The translations under genes and the position numbers were made by a program. Source: Lama glama (Eukaryota). From it: a DNA stretch of 64,000 bases. Each line of letters starts with the position of its first letter. Within the stretch, counting starts at the first letter, position 1. Below the pieces are notes generated by a model. The model made no database searches and was not told where the DNA came from. It saw only the letters and a program-made list of their open reading frames with translations. Below are positions 13,853 to 26,635 of this stretch, piece after piece. The stretch lies in NCBI GenBank assembly GCA_028534125.1, contig CM052816.1:4528001-4592000 (forward strand), written 5' to 3'.

Positions 13853-14371
13853 TGTTAGTTATCTATTAGAGCATATAAACTTCACTAACTAGTTGCAGAA
13901 ACAGTACACATTTATGTTTCACAGTTTCTGCAGGAAGGAAATTTAAGTGTGGCTTGGCTGAGCACTTCTTCCCTAAGATTGCTTTCACGTATCAGGTAAG
14001 GCTACAGACAACTGAAGGCTTACTGGAGCTGGAGGATTTAATACCAAAGTGGTTAATTTATATGTCTAGAAAGTTGGTACTGACTGTTGGCAGAAAGCCT
14101 CAGTTCTCTGCACATGGGCCTCTAAATACAACATAGTGTCCTCATGACATGGTGCTGGCTTCCTACAGAGTAAGCAATCCAGGAGAAGAGAGCTAAGGCA
14201 GAAGCTGCTTTTTCAGTGCTTTCATTTTAAAGGTCACACAGCATTATTTACACCACATTCTGTTCATCACAAACAACTCACTAAATACAGGCTACATGCA
14301 AAGAAGTAAATCACCTTCCTTCTAGTAAAGGGAGGAATGTCAAAGAATATGGACATATTTCAAAACCACTA
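13853..14371 (-). mobile_element. MaLR solo LTR (MLT1F-like)
   Basis: cacagtttctgcagga...ctgttggcagaaagcctcagttctc...tcctcatgacatggtgctggcttcc...gtcaaagaat...aaaaccacta. Confidence 0.8.
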
Positions 14372-14658
14372 TATTATCTTTTATTAACATTTTCCTCATT
14401 GACATTTACCCTCACTCCATTTTTTCTGGCACTCTAATTAAAGATACAATTAAATGTATCTATATCTTTTACCTTCTTTCCTGTATATTCTCTTTTTTTT
14501 CTTTTGTACACTATTGCTAACTTCCTCTGACCATCTTCCAGTTTAGTAATTCTATCATCAGATTCTGATCTGCTATTAACCTCAATCACTCAGCTTTAAA
14601 TTTCAGTTATTTTATTTCAATAGTAATTTTTTTAGTTCAAAAATAAATTGCTTCTAGA

Positions 14659-17600
14659 GTTAACTAGTCAAGACAGCATAGTAGATTCTGAACTCACCTC
14701 CTCCTAGAGACAAATCAGAATTAAAACTACTTACAAAGCATCTATCTGTGAGAACAAACTGAAGACCAGAAGAAAGATTTTCTATGACTAAAAACAAAAA
14801 GGAACCACAATGAAATAAAATAAAAAGAAAGCTGGACAGCAGTGTTCTTATCAGACAAAATAAACTTTAAAACAAAGATTGTTATAAGAGATAAAGAAGG
14901 ATGCTACATAATGATCAAGGGATCAATCCAAGAAGATGTAATAATTGTAAATATATATACACACACACACAACACAGGAGCATCTAAATATATAAGGCAA
15001 ATATTAACAGACATAAAGGGAGAAATCGACAGTAATGCAATAACATTGGGGGTTTTAACATCTTACTAACATCAATGGACAGATCCCCCAGACAGAAAAT
15101 CGGTAAGGAAACACTGGCCTTAAAAGAAACATTGGATCATATGTACTTAATTGATATATAGAGAGCACTCCATCTAAAAGCAGCATAACACAAATTCCTT
15201 TCAAGTGCACAAGGACCATTCTCCAGGACAGATGACATGCTAGGCCACAAAGCACACCTCAGTAAATTTTAAACAATTGAAATCATATCAAACATCTTTT
15301 CTAACCACAGTGCAATGAGACTGGAATTCAACTACCAGAAAAAAACTACAAAAAACACAAACACATGGAGGCTAAACAATATGCTACTAAACAACCAATG
15401 GATCACCAAAGAAATCAAAGAGTAAATCTAAAAATACCTAAAGACAAATGAAAACAAAAATACAATGATCCAAAACCTATAGGATGCAGCAAAAGCAGTT
15501 CTAAGAAGGAAGTTTATAGTGATAGACACTTATCTCAGGAAGCAAGAAAAATCTCAAATAAACAACCTAATCTTACACTTTAAATAACTAGAGAAAGAAG
15601 AACAAACAAAATGCAAAGTTAGTAGAAGGAAAGAAATCATTAAGATCAGAGGAGAAATAAATGAAACAGAGACTTAAAAAAACAGAAAAGATCAATGAAA
15701 CCAAAAGGTGGTTCTTTGAAAATATAAGCAAAATTGATAAACCTTTAGCCAGACTCACCACAAAAAAATGGCGGGGTGGGGGCAAAATCAATAAAATCAG
15801 AAATGAAAAAGGGTAAGTTCAACTGATACCACAGAAATACAAAAAATCATAAGAGACTACTATGAACAATAATATGCCAATAAAATGGACAACCTAGAAG
15901 AAACAAATTCTTAGAACTATACAATCTCCCAATACTGAACCAGGAAGAAATAGAAAAGATGAACAAACCAATTACCAGTAACAAAAATAAATCAGTAATT
16001 AAAAAACTCCCAATAAAAATTCAGGACCAGATGACTTCACAGGTGAATTCTACCAAACATTTAAAGAAGAATGAACACCTACCATCTTCAACTATTCAAA
16101 AACACTGCAAAGGAAGGAATGATTTCCAACTCATTTTATGAGGCCACCATCACCCTGATATCAAAACCAGAAAAGTTATCACAAAAAAGAAAATCATAGG
16201 CCAATATCAGTAATGAAGATAGATATAAAACAGTCAGCAAACTGAATTCAATGATACATTAAAAGGATCCTGCACCATGATCAAGTGGGAGTTATCCTAG
16301 GGATGCAAGAATGGTTCGATATCTGCAACTCAATCAATGTGATACACCACATTAACTGCAAAATAAAAAATCAAATGATCATATCCATAGATGCAGAAAA
16401 AAACTTTTGACAAAATTCAACATTCATTTATGATTAAAAAAAAAAGTCTCCACAAAGTGGCTATAGAGGAAACGTACCTCAACATAATAAAGATCATAAG
16501 TGACAAATCCACAGCCAACATCATCCTCAACAGTGAAAAGCTGAAAGCGTTTCTTCTAAGATCAGGAACAAGACAAGGATGCCCATTCTCATCACTTTTA
16601 TCCAACATAGTATGGGAAGTCCTAGCCTTAACAAACAGACAAGAAAAAGAAAACATCCTAATTGGAAAGGAAGAAGTAAAACTGTCAGTGTTTTCAAATT
16701 TCATAATGTTATATATAGAAAATCCTAAAGACACTACCAAAAAACTATTAGAATAAATGAACTCAGTAAAATGGCAGGATCTAAACTTAATACACAGATA
16801 TTGGTTACTTTTTATACACTAATAATGAATTATCAGGAAGAGAAAGTAAGAAAATAATCCTATTTTCACAATTATATCAAAAAGAATAAAATACCTAGGA
16901 ATCAATCTAACTAAAGAGTTAAAAGGTCTTTACTCTGAAAACTATAATACACTGATGAAAGAAACTGAAGATGACACACACACAAAATGGAAAGATATGT
17001 CATAATCATGGACTGGGAGAATTAGTTTTGTTAAAATATTCATACTACCCAACGCAATCTACAAATTCAATGCAATTCCTATCAAAATACCAATGGCTTT
17101 TTTTCACAGAACTAGAACAAATAATTCTAAAATTTGTATGGAAACACACACACACGAAAAACCCTCTTAAAAGCCAGAGCAATCTTTAGAAAGAGGAACA
17201 GACCTGGAAGTATCACTCTCCTCAATTTCAAATTACAGGCATATTTTGTTATATTATACTTCACTTTACTGCACTTCACAGATATTTCATTTTTTATAGA
17301 CAGAAGGTTTGTGGCAACCTTGCATGAAGCAAGTCTACTTATGCCATTTTTTAAACAGCATTTGCTCATTTCATGTCTATCTCACATTTTAGTAATTCTT
17401 GCAAAATTTCAAAATTTTTCGTAATTATTCTATTTGTTATAGTGATCTGTTATCTACAATCTTTGATGTTACCAAACATCAAACAAAAAGCCCACCTAGT
17501 GAATATGAGAAGACACTGTAAGCAATCTATCCAATAAGGGGCTAATATACAAAATATACAAAGAACTCATAAAACTTAACATCAAAAAAAACAAAACCTC

Positions 17601-18582
17601 ATTAAAAAATGGGCAGAGGACCCGAATAGACATTTTTCCCAAAGAAAACATACAGATGGACAACAGACACTTAAAAGATGCTCAGCATCACTAATCATCA
17701 GAGAAATGCAAATCAAAACCACAATGAGATACCACCTCACACCTGTCAGAACTGCTACATCAAAAAGACAACAAATAAATGTTGGCAAGGATGTCGAGGA
17801 AAAGGCACCCTGATGCACTATTTTTGGGATTGCAAAGTGGTGCAGCCACTACAGAAAACAGTATAGAGGTTCCTCAAAAAAATTAAAATAGTACTTACTG
17901 CCTTATGATCCAGCAATTTCACTTACAGGTGTTGACCTAAAAAAACAGAACAAAACAAAACACTAATTTGAAAAGATATATGCATATGAATGTTCACTGT
18001 AACATGATTTACAATAGTCAAGCTATGGAAGCAACCTTAGTGTCCATCAATAGATGAATGAATAAAGAACATGTGGTATATACATACAATGGAATATTAC
18101 TGAGGTATTTCAAAAAATTATCTTGCAATTTGCAATGACCTGAGTGGATACAGAGGGTTTTATGCTAAGTAAATAAATCAGAGAAAGACAAATACTGTAT
18201 GATCTCACTTATATGTGGAATGTAAAAAACAAAACAAATAAATCAACATAACAAAACAAAAACAGACGTACAGATACAGAGAGCAAACATGGTGGTTGCC
18301 ATAGGGAAGGGGGTACGGGGCAAAATAGAGAAAAGGAAATGAGGTACAAACCTCCAGTTATAAAATAAATAAGCCACAGGGATGTTAAACACAGCATAAG
18401 GAATATGATCAATATTGTCATAGCTTTGTATGGGCACAGATTGTTACTAGACTTAAGGTGATCATTTCATAGTATATGCAAATGTCAAATCACTACATAG
18501 CACACCTGAAACTAACATAATATTGTATGTCAACAGTATCTCAAAAAATAAAGATAGCAGAAAATAACAACAAAAATAAGTG
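14659..18582 (+). mobile_element. LINE-1 with 5' terminus fused directly to ORF2 (ORF1 missing), decayed ORF2, 3' UTR
   Basis: About 160 bp of L1 5' end (ctgaactcacctcctcc...gaagaccagaagaaaagattttc), then endonuclease (SDKINFK...GCYIMIKGSIQ) and RT (KAFLLRSGTRQGCP) remnants; TSD aataaattgcttctaga (14642-14658) / aataaattggttccaga (18583-18599), 15/17 identical. Confidence 0.9.
17236..17472 (+). mobile_element. Tigger1 left-end fragment inserted in L1
   Basis: ta|caggcata...gaaggtttgtggcaacc...gcaagtcta...ctttgatgttac. Confidence 0.9.
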
Positions 18583-20117
18583 AATAAATTGGTTCCAGAT
18601 AGTCCATTGGGTTCATTTTCAAATTTACTAAATTATCTCCAACAATCTCTTTTTCCTTGCAAACAGCTTCAATTTTGTATTATATGTCTTTAAACATAAT
18701 CATCCATGTTGTTTTCTGATTTGTCTCTGTTTGCACCTGCCTGAAATTTTGATAGACTTACCTCTCTCTCTGCTGATTTTTATTCACTGAGCCTAATCCT
18801 CTCTTTGTGCCTGGATCTTTGAGTATACTGAACATTGTATTTGAAAATTTGTTTTGCTCTGCCATGTACCTGGGGACTACTATGAGTCCAGGAACATCTT
18901 TAAACAAATTCAAGATTTGAGACTTCCTGGAAGACTCAGAAGATTCAACCCCTGATTGTAACTCCTCAAAAGAGCTTTCCCAAATCTTGTTCTCTTTCCC
19001 ACAGTGGCCAGAGCCTTTGGAAGCTGCAGCTGAATATGGTCAGAGGATTGGTTAGAGCCCCGCTCTGTAAGTGCCCTGGATTTTTATGTCCACTGATCTC
19101 AAATAGTGACCAAATAACTTCCCTGAGGGAGCACCATAAGTAAATGTTAGAACCAAGACTAGAACCAAGTCTTTTGCCTTCACCTAATGCCACTTCTGAT
19201 CTTCACAATCAGTAACTGGTAACACTGGACAGTGATGATGGTAGCATTGTTCTCTCTTTCCCTTCTCCCATAATACAACCTCCAGGGAAACGTTTTACTT
19301 AGCACTGTTCAGTTACGTAAGAGCCGAGATGCTCTAAAAGAGCAACCTACAGATGCTGAAAGCAGAAGCATTGCCTTTTACTCTATGGACTTTCAATGGT
19401 CAGAAGCAAATCCTTCAACTTGGGTAACTCAAGAGGTAATAGCTGACTAGTGGGAGAACCAGCATGTACCTCTTAAGTTAGTGCTGCCTCTGGTGAAAAA
19501 TTTAACGGCACCGTCTATAAAATAACAGGGTATTTTTTCATGGCACATGTCAGGGAAGCATCTGATTCATACACTGCATTGTTTTCAATCACAGTTTTAT
19601 GAAACCCACATTAAATATTGAAAACTGAGCTATATATTTAGAACTGTAATTAGTCTGAAGCAGCCTCTGTGCCTTATTCCCTGTTAAAGTTTGAAAGTAA
19701 ACCAAGGATGATGAATATTTAATGTACTGTACCTCATTGTCATCCGATGATAAGATTTGTTATAGGGTTATAAAATGTTATGTTAGATTCTTACAGCACA
19801 TCATTAATATTATAAAATGTAGCTGGGTTCCCAAGCAGAGCTGCCTGACAGAAAAACAATAGAAGGATAAGTGATATCAACCATTTCCTCTAGGGGCTTA
19901 GAAGACAAGCAGCTAAAAGATGAGAAGATGTATTTGTGAAGCATTAAAGAGGAAAGAAGAAAGAAGACAGTGAGAGAAGTAAAAGAGAAGGGAAGGCAGG
20001 GAAGATAGCAGAGGTAGAGAGTGGCTAGGTGTGGGCAGGATCCAAGGATCAGATGGAAGCGGGGATGGAAAGAATGATAAAGGCCTTTCCCACATGTAGA
20101 GGCTTCTAAATTCCCTC

Positions 20118-20655
20118 AAATGGGATCAGAATCTGCAGCCTCTAAAATATGCCACTGGCACAGGACTATTGTGAGCTAAGGCATCTGAGAGAGAGCAGAC
20201 TTGGAAGCTCTCTCAGCCTTCCCCTACATCTGCCTGAAAGCAGGGCATAAATTCCCCTTGTGAAGGTGTCCCCCTTCTCCCATACCAGGAAGAGAAGAAC
20301 AAAGAGACAGACATGGCCCTGAGATGAGCCTGCATAAGGAAACCTTACCAATTAACCCTCTCTGTCATTAACTTCCCACAGATTTCCTAGTCATCTTCCC
20401 ACAATTTATCACTCCTAACACCCCAAACCTCCTTTCCTTTGTCTTGTCACATCTCCCTTTGTTAAAATGGTAAATAAGTCTAACCACTTCTTTGGGTTTT
20501 GCCTCTTTTCTGCGAAGCCCCCATGCACATAAAATTTAAAATATTTACGTCAATAAAAATGTGTATGTCTTTTGTCCCGCTCGTCTTTCTTTTATCAGTT
20601 AAATTGGTAGACTCCAATCACAAACCTCGAACGGGAAAGTTTTTCCTCCCCTATA
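20118..20655 (+). mobile_element. ERV1 solo LTR (MER34/MER39-like)
   Basis: cagaatctgcagcctctaaaatatgcc start, aataaa near 20552, ttttcctcccctata end; 4-bp TSD cctc/cctc. Confidence 0.8.
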
Positions 20656-21327
20656 CCTCACAGTCAAAAAGTTCCACAGCCCTAGGGATCTCGTGAGGAC
20701 ATTGATTTGATCTTATGCATTCTCTGAAAGAATCCAAAGGCCCTCCAGAAAAATTGCTGCTGTCCACCGAGTAAACTCTGGAAATAAAATAAGTATCACT
20801 TGGCAATAGTAATAGTAAACCAAGAAGAGAGTTTAGACATTGTTGTTTACTTATGGTCCATTCTTATAATTCACAGAAACAGGGCAAGGAGTTAGAAGAG
20901 GTATCAAAATCTAATTTAGGGCCACAGGTTTAGAAACCCGTTAGCATGAGAAGGGACCTGGGCCATCGCAAGAGCATATGGCAGTTAGGAGCATGTCTAT
21001 AAGATAGATAAAATCATATCTGATTTCTACCATGCACTAGCTGTATGACCATAGACTTTCTGGGTATCACTGTCTTCAACAATATGGTTTCTGGTTAATA
21101 ATAACAAAATAATGCAAGTCATGTATTTAGCACAATGATTATGTATTTTAAATACCAGTAAGTATGGACAAGGATGTTACAGTGATGGGGGAAGAAGAGG
21201 AGAAATCACTCAATTTTTTACAGTAAGACAACTGAAGGCCAAGACGGTAAGACAGCTTGTCAGAGATCATATAGGCTGCTGGTGCTGAAACCGAAGGCAG
21301 AACCAAACATCTTTTACATTTTAAGTA

Positions 21328-21544
21328 CAGCTGACCCTTGAACAACGCAGGAGTTAGGGGCACCAACCCCAACCCAGTTGAAAATCTGCATGTAAGTTTA
21401 GAGTTGACCCTCTGTGCCCATGGTTCCACATCTGTGAATTCTACCAAGTACCACACAGTACTGCAGTGCATATTTAGTGAAAAAGAGAAACTGTATATAA
21501 GTGGATGCCTGTAGTTGAAACTCATGTTGTTCAAAGGTCAACTG
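21328..21544 (-). mobile_element. Complete Tigger2a-like MITE (217 bp)
   Basis: TIRs cagctgacccttgaacaac / gttgttcaaaggtcaactg with TA on both sides. Confidence 0.93.
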
Positions 21545-21553
21545 TAATGGTAT

Positions 21554-22081
21554 TGTAAGGGTGCAAAATCTGCCACCCCAAAATGTGTCTGTTTAGCATG
21601 AGCATCATTTTAGGCTGGTTGTTTTCAAGAAACAAAAAGCTCCAGAAGAGCTTTTACCGCCTTCCCTTTAATTGCCTAGAATAATTTAGATAAGGGGATC
21701 TATCCGAGGAAGAGGGCTATCATCAGAGCTAACCAGAAGACTCTGAGCTAGGTGTGGCAGACTGAGGGGAACGTAGCAAGGCTGGTTTGATCCTAGTCCT
21801 CTCTGTGTCCCATTGTTTCTTCATGGTCCTCCAAACATCTGTTTACCAAATGTTTGTTTTTACCATCTTCCTCCCCTTTGAAGTCCCAAGCCCCCTCTCC
21901 TTCTCTCAAATGACATATAAGCCTCAGGTGCCTAACTTCTCCTTGAGCTACATTTTTCATAGGAGGCACCCTACCTACTTAATTAAATCTAATTTCTCCT
22001 GTTAATCTGTCTCATGTCAGTTTCATTCTTAGACCAGCCAGAAGCACCTAGAAGGGTAGAAACGTTTTTCCTTTTCCAAGA
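21554..22081 (+). mobile_element. ERV1 solo LTR (MER34/MER39-like)
   Basis: tgtaagggtgcaaaatctgccaccccaaaat...ctcctgttaatctgtctcatgtca...cctagaagggtaga; closely related to 49325-49898; TSD gtat/gttt. Confidence 0.85.
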
Positions 22082-22519
22082 GTTTATAGCTCTTAGTATG
22101 TTTCCATTCCAGCATTAAGTACCTTGGGATCAATACAAAGAGAAATATAAAACATGATCTTTAACACCAAGGAATAAAATGTATCTATCAAACACCAAGA
22201 GATTAATACAAGATTTAAGCCATGAATTACATTTATATGATGAGACATATTAAAGAAATTAAATGCCTCCAAAAAGTTTATGAGACTGAAGGGAAAATCT
22301 TATAAAATGGCAAAACAATAAATAAAATTTTATGTAGACATATAAAGAGAAAAAGAAACAAGATCAGAATAAAATATACCAAAATGAGGACAGATTTTCC
22401 TCTAAGCAGTTTTCTTCTTTTTCATACTTTTTCTATACTTTCCAAATTTTCTACACAGGTATATACTATTTTTTAGAATTTTCAGGAAGACAAATTTTCC
22501 CTTGCTTAAGAAACAACAC

Positions 22520-23330
22520 ATACATTGGGAAAAGCCTCCATTTACAACAGTAACTACACCATATGTGAATATACTTAGAAACAGAAATTTGTAGGAGGTT
22601 ACAAGACCTATACGAAGAAAACTAACTAACCCCTAGTATATTATTATACTGTATTCATCCCAATAAAATTTTTCTATAACTTGGCAAAGTTCTTTGAAAT
22701 TTTTTCTGGAAGAATATAAAAACTGTAATAGTTAGAAAAAATAATTAAAGAATTTAAAAAGAGAGAGAACTTCAGTCTTCTGATTGACTGGGCTGAAACA
22801 GATTGACAAAGCCCAGTATTGGCATTTTTGGTGTGTATATAAATTAATGCTACCTTTCTAGAAGATACTTTGGCAATATGCATGAAAATTTCAAAGGAAT
22901 GTGCTCTGTGACCTTGTGATTCTTAATGTCAGTAATTTACAGGATGAATCAGACAAGTGTACAGAGAGGTTTCAGAGAAATATAATTTTGTTCCTATAGA
23001 GTGAACTGAAAACCTAGAAACAACCTAAAATATCACCATATACTACTTGCTAAATAAATTGTAGTTCAACTATAGAAAGAAATTGTATATAGCCACTGAA
23101 AATGGTATAGATCTAAACTGATGGCATCTCGTTAAGCAAAAGGAGAGATTACAAGACAACATGTGTAATATAACAACACATACAAAATTACAAGCACACA
23201 GAGAAATATTTAGAGAAGGGGTCATTTAAGGATATTGAGGTTTGGATTTTTCCTTTCAGTTTTTTCTTTATAGTTTATTCTATTCATTTTTGACCCCAAT
23301 ATGTTTGAATGATTTTCATAATCAGAGAAA
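22520..23330 (+). mobile_element. Old LINE-1 (L1ME-like) fragments
   Basis: ttggcaatatgcatgaaaatt, cctagaaacaacctaaa, taaataaattgtag; A-rich and highly diverged. Confidence 0.6.
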
Positions 23331-23659
23331 AAAAACCCATTAGGACCATTTCATGCTAGAAAAAAATGAATGGAGAGAAGAAAGGAAGACAGTAGAGTGG
23401 GTCAGTGTAATCCAGGAAGAAAAGATGAGTCTAACATCTTCATTTTAGGGATCGACGTCAATCTCCTCCCTTGTCACAATTTTCATGAGAGTCCAAGGAG
23501 TTAGAAAGCTGAGTAGTCTGCAGATGTTTTTTCCCTTCCCCTTGAACCAGTAGCAATGATAATGAACAGGGAGAAGAACAAATACGTTATTCAGCTCTGG
23601 GTAAGATGTGGGTAGCCTCCGCAGGACCCCAAGGGAAAGAGAAAGGAGAGAATATGCAT

Positions 23660-23840
23660 CTAAAGGAGACAGATTTGGGACTGGTTTGAGAAAGAACACT
23701 CCAACTGTGACACCAAGCTCAGAATCCCTAGGGATCTTTAAGGAGACTGGGACCACTCCTCGTCAAAGGCAGTTTATAGGAACGGGACTCACCAGAGCAG
23801 TCACTGAACTAGATGACCTTCAAGTTCCATTCCAACCCCA
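23660..23840 (+). mobile_element. L3/CR1 LINE 3' fragment
   Basis: actagatgaccttcaagttccattccaaccc resembles the CR1/L3 3' terminus. Confidence 0.6.
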
Positions 23841-24229
23841 AATCGGCTCTATGTCCCCACTGCACATCAAAAGAAATAGTTCTCTATGTCCTGACCTGGA
23901 AAGATGTTCATAGAGGATTCCAGAAGGATAGGGACTTGAAAGCAATTCCTTTACTCTTTATCTCAATTCAACTCTTTCTGTCTCGTTTCAGTCAAAACCT
24001 AGGACTCCTGGGGACTGAGTGAAAATGTGTGGGAGTTCTGGGGACGAGAACCAGGGAGGGGCTTGCTTTCCCATGGACTGGGGATGATATGGAGACCACT
24101 GCCAGAAAGCCTAGAGCAAGGTTCCCTCCCTCAAAATGTGGACTTTGGGAATGTTTGGCCTGAAGAGACCAGTGGATCCAGGAGACAGATCAACAGAGGC
24201 CCCAGTGTGTACCAGATCCCCCAGGTCCC

Positions 24230-24759
24230 TGTCAGGGAGAGGGAAATTCCCCTTACCCATCCTGAGTTCTTTGACTGGTCTAATAATTAACTTGACACAA
24301 GATAAACAGGATTTTTAAAAAAATTGAATTCATGTGCACAGAGATCTCATACATATAGAACCTAAGAAGTAGCTAAAGCAGAAACCTTCTACACTTTTTA
24401 GACAAAGAAACAATACCTTTGTAAGGAATTGACAGGACAAAGAAACTTAGGCTTTGGGTGCTTAATTAGTGAAGTATTTCAGCAGCGTTTGGACTTGGAG
24501 CAGTAAATTAGAGAAGTAACGAGGTTGGCTGATACTGGTTTCGCCCTTGAGTTCTGTGTCTCTGGAGATAGGGGTGTCCTACTTACAGGTGCAGGGAGGG
24601 CATTTTTCACAAAGGAGGGTTATTTCCTGCTTTCAGGGAGACAGAGAGGAGGGTCAGAGTGTCCCTTTCGCATCAGCCTTTTCTTAAGTAACTTTAATTC
24701 AAAATAATCAATATGTCACTTCAGCATATGTTGGGGGTGGCCCTCCCTGAGCCCCCAAA
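24230..24759 (-). mobile_element. ERV1 solo LTR (MER34/MER39-like)
   Basis: Reverse complement of the 26636-27143 type (aagtaactttaattcaaaataatcaatatg; ttcctgctttc...gaggagggtcagagtgtc); perfect TSD tccc/tccc. Confidence 0.85.
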
Positions 24760-25560
24760 TCCCCAAATGTCTAGAAGGAGTTTTAAAAGGTAAGTAAAGT
24801 AATCTTACCCTTCAGATTTGTAAAATTCAAGAGACAGAGGAGCAGGGAGATTTACTTCAAATAAATGACACCTTGAGGGTCAGAGCAGCCCACTGGAGGA
24901 AGAGCTATCAAAACAAAGGGAACACAGAACCAGCCTTTGAGAGAGTCTAGAAGACAGATAACAATTTGAAAGAAAAGGAAAGTTTAGGAACCTGTACATA
25001 CACTCTCCCCCACTTTCCACCCACTACCTTGGCCCAAAGATCTCTCCGGAGGTAAAACATAAGGTTTCCAAATAAATTGTTTAGTAGATGAATTTAGGGA
25101 GAGAATGTTCATGGTTACTGTCTAAACCTGACTGAGTGACCTGAAAAAAAAAATCTGAGTCCTAAGAAATACATAAAAAGATTAAAAATCACGAGGGGAA
25201 AAAAGCCAATAATAAACTGGAAGGTGTAAATGAGAGATTTCACTTACAAAGAAAGGGAGGTCCAGAAGTGAGGCAAAAGACAGAAATCTATAAATTCAAC
25301 ACATTCCCAACTGAAATGGCAACAGGGTTTTGGTAGAAATTAAAAAGCTGATTCTAAAATTTATAGAGAAATGCAAACACTTTAGAATAATCAATGCAAA
25401 TTTTAATAAGATCCAATGTGGAAGACCTCCACTCTGATTTCAAGACTTGTGTGGCAGTAAGTGGAGAACACCCAAATGGGAACGAGCAAAGTCTATTTAT
25501 TCAGAGCTTGCAAAGGAGGCAACCACCATCACTTGCGTTTGGCAGAAACTCAAAGGCAGG

Positions 25561-26060
25561 NNNNNNNNNNNNNNNNNNNNNNNNNNNNNNNNNNNNNNNN
25601 NNNNNNNNNNNNNNNNNNNNNNNNNNNNNNNNNNNNNNNNNNNNNNNNNNNNNNNNNNNNNNNNNNNNNNNNNNNNNNNNNNNNNNNNNNNNNNNNNNNN
25701 NNNNNNNNNNNNNNNNNNNNNNNNNNNNNNNNNNNNNNNNNNNNNNNNNNNNNNNNNNNNNNNNNNNNNNNNNNNNNNNNNNNNNNNNNNNNNNNNNNNN
25801 NNNNNNNNNNNNNNNNNNNNNNNNNNNNNNNNNNNNNNNNNNNNNNNNNNNNNNNNNNNNNNNNNNNNNNNNNNNNNNNNNNNNNNNNNNNNNNNNNNNN
25901 NNNNNNNNNNNNNNNNNNNNNNNNNNNNNNNNNNNNNNNNNNNNNNNNNNNNNNNNNNNNNNNNNNNNNNNNNNNNNNNNNNNNNNNNNNNNNNNNNNNN
26001 NNNNNNNNNNNNNNNNNNNNNNNNNNNNNNNNNNNNNNNNNNNNNNNNNNNNNNNNNNNN
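25561..26060. other. Assembly gap (500 N) with duplicated flanks
   Basis: 25362-25560 is repeated identically at 26061-26259. Confidence 0.97.
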
Positions 26061-26146
26061 TATAGAGAAATGCAAACACTTTAGAATAATCAATGCAAAT
26101 TTTAATAAGATCCAATGTGGAAGACCTCCACTCTGATTTCAAGACT

Positions 26147-26351
26147 TGTGTGGCAGTAAGTGGAGAACACCCAAATGGGAACGAGCAAAGTCTATTTATT
26201 CAGAGCTTGCAAAGGAGGCAACCACCATCACTTGCGTTTGGCAGAAACTCAAAGGCAGGCGAAAGAGTTGGAAAGCTTCACAGGAGAAGAAAGGGAAGGC
26301 TTTAGGTATGCCCTAATTGGAGACTGCTGGCGTGGGGAATCTGGAAGTGGG
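26147..26351 (-). mobile_element. ERV LTR fragment inserted in L1
   Basis: Non-L1 block tgtgtggcagtaagtggagaacaccc...tatttattcagagcttgc interrupting L1; carries a minus-strand aataaa. Family uncertain. Confidence 0.5.
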
Positions 26352-26635
26352 TATTTTTTGACAAAAGTGCTCACTTAAGGCAATTCAATGGGGAAATGAT
26401 AAATTTTTCAACAATAGACACTGGAACAAATGAATACCTATTTAGAAACAAAAATCAGCCATTATCTGACATCATAAAAAATAATTAACTTGAGATAGAT
26501 TGTAGAACTAAAGGCAGAAGCTAAAACTGTTCTAAAAATATACACTGAAGGAAACTCGTCCCTTTCAGTTAGGTAAAGTTTTCCCAAATAAAACATAAAA
26601 TGCACAATGTATAAAAAGAAAAATTGGTACACTGG

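Noticed and set aside
14842..17866. Endonuclease/RT-like ORFs as an active retroelement or novel RT system
   Set aside because: Fragmented by many stops and frameshifts; ordinary decayed LINE-1 ORF2. The same holds for ORFs at 5.7-7.4 kb and 35.9-37.3 kb, including the 181-aa antisense ORF at 36375-36920.
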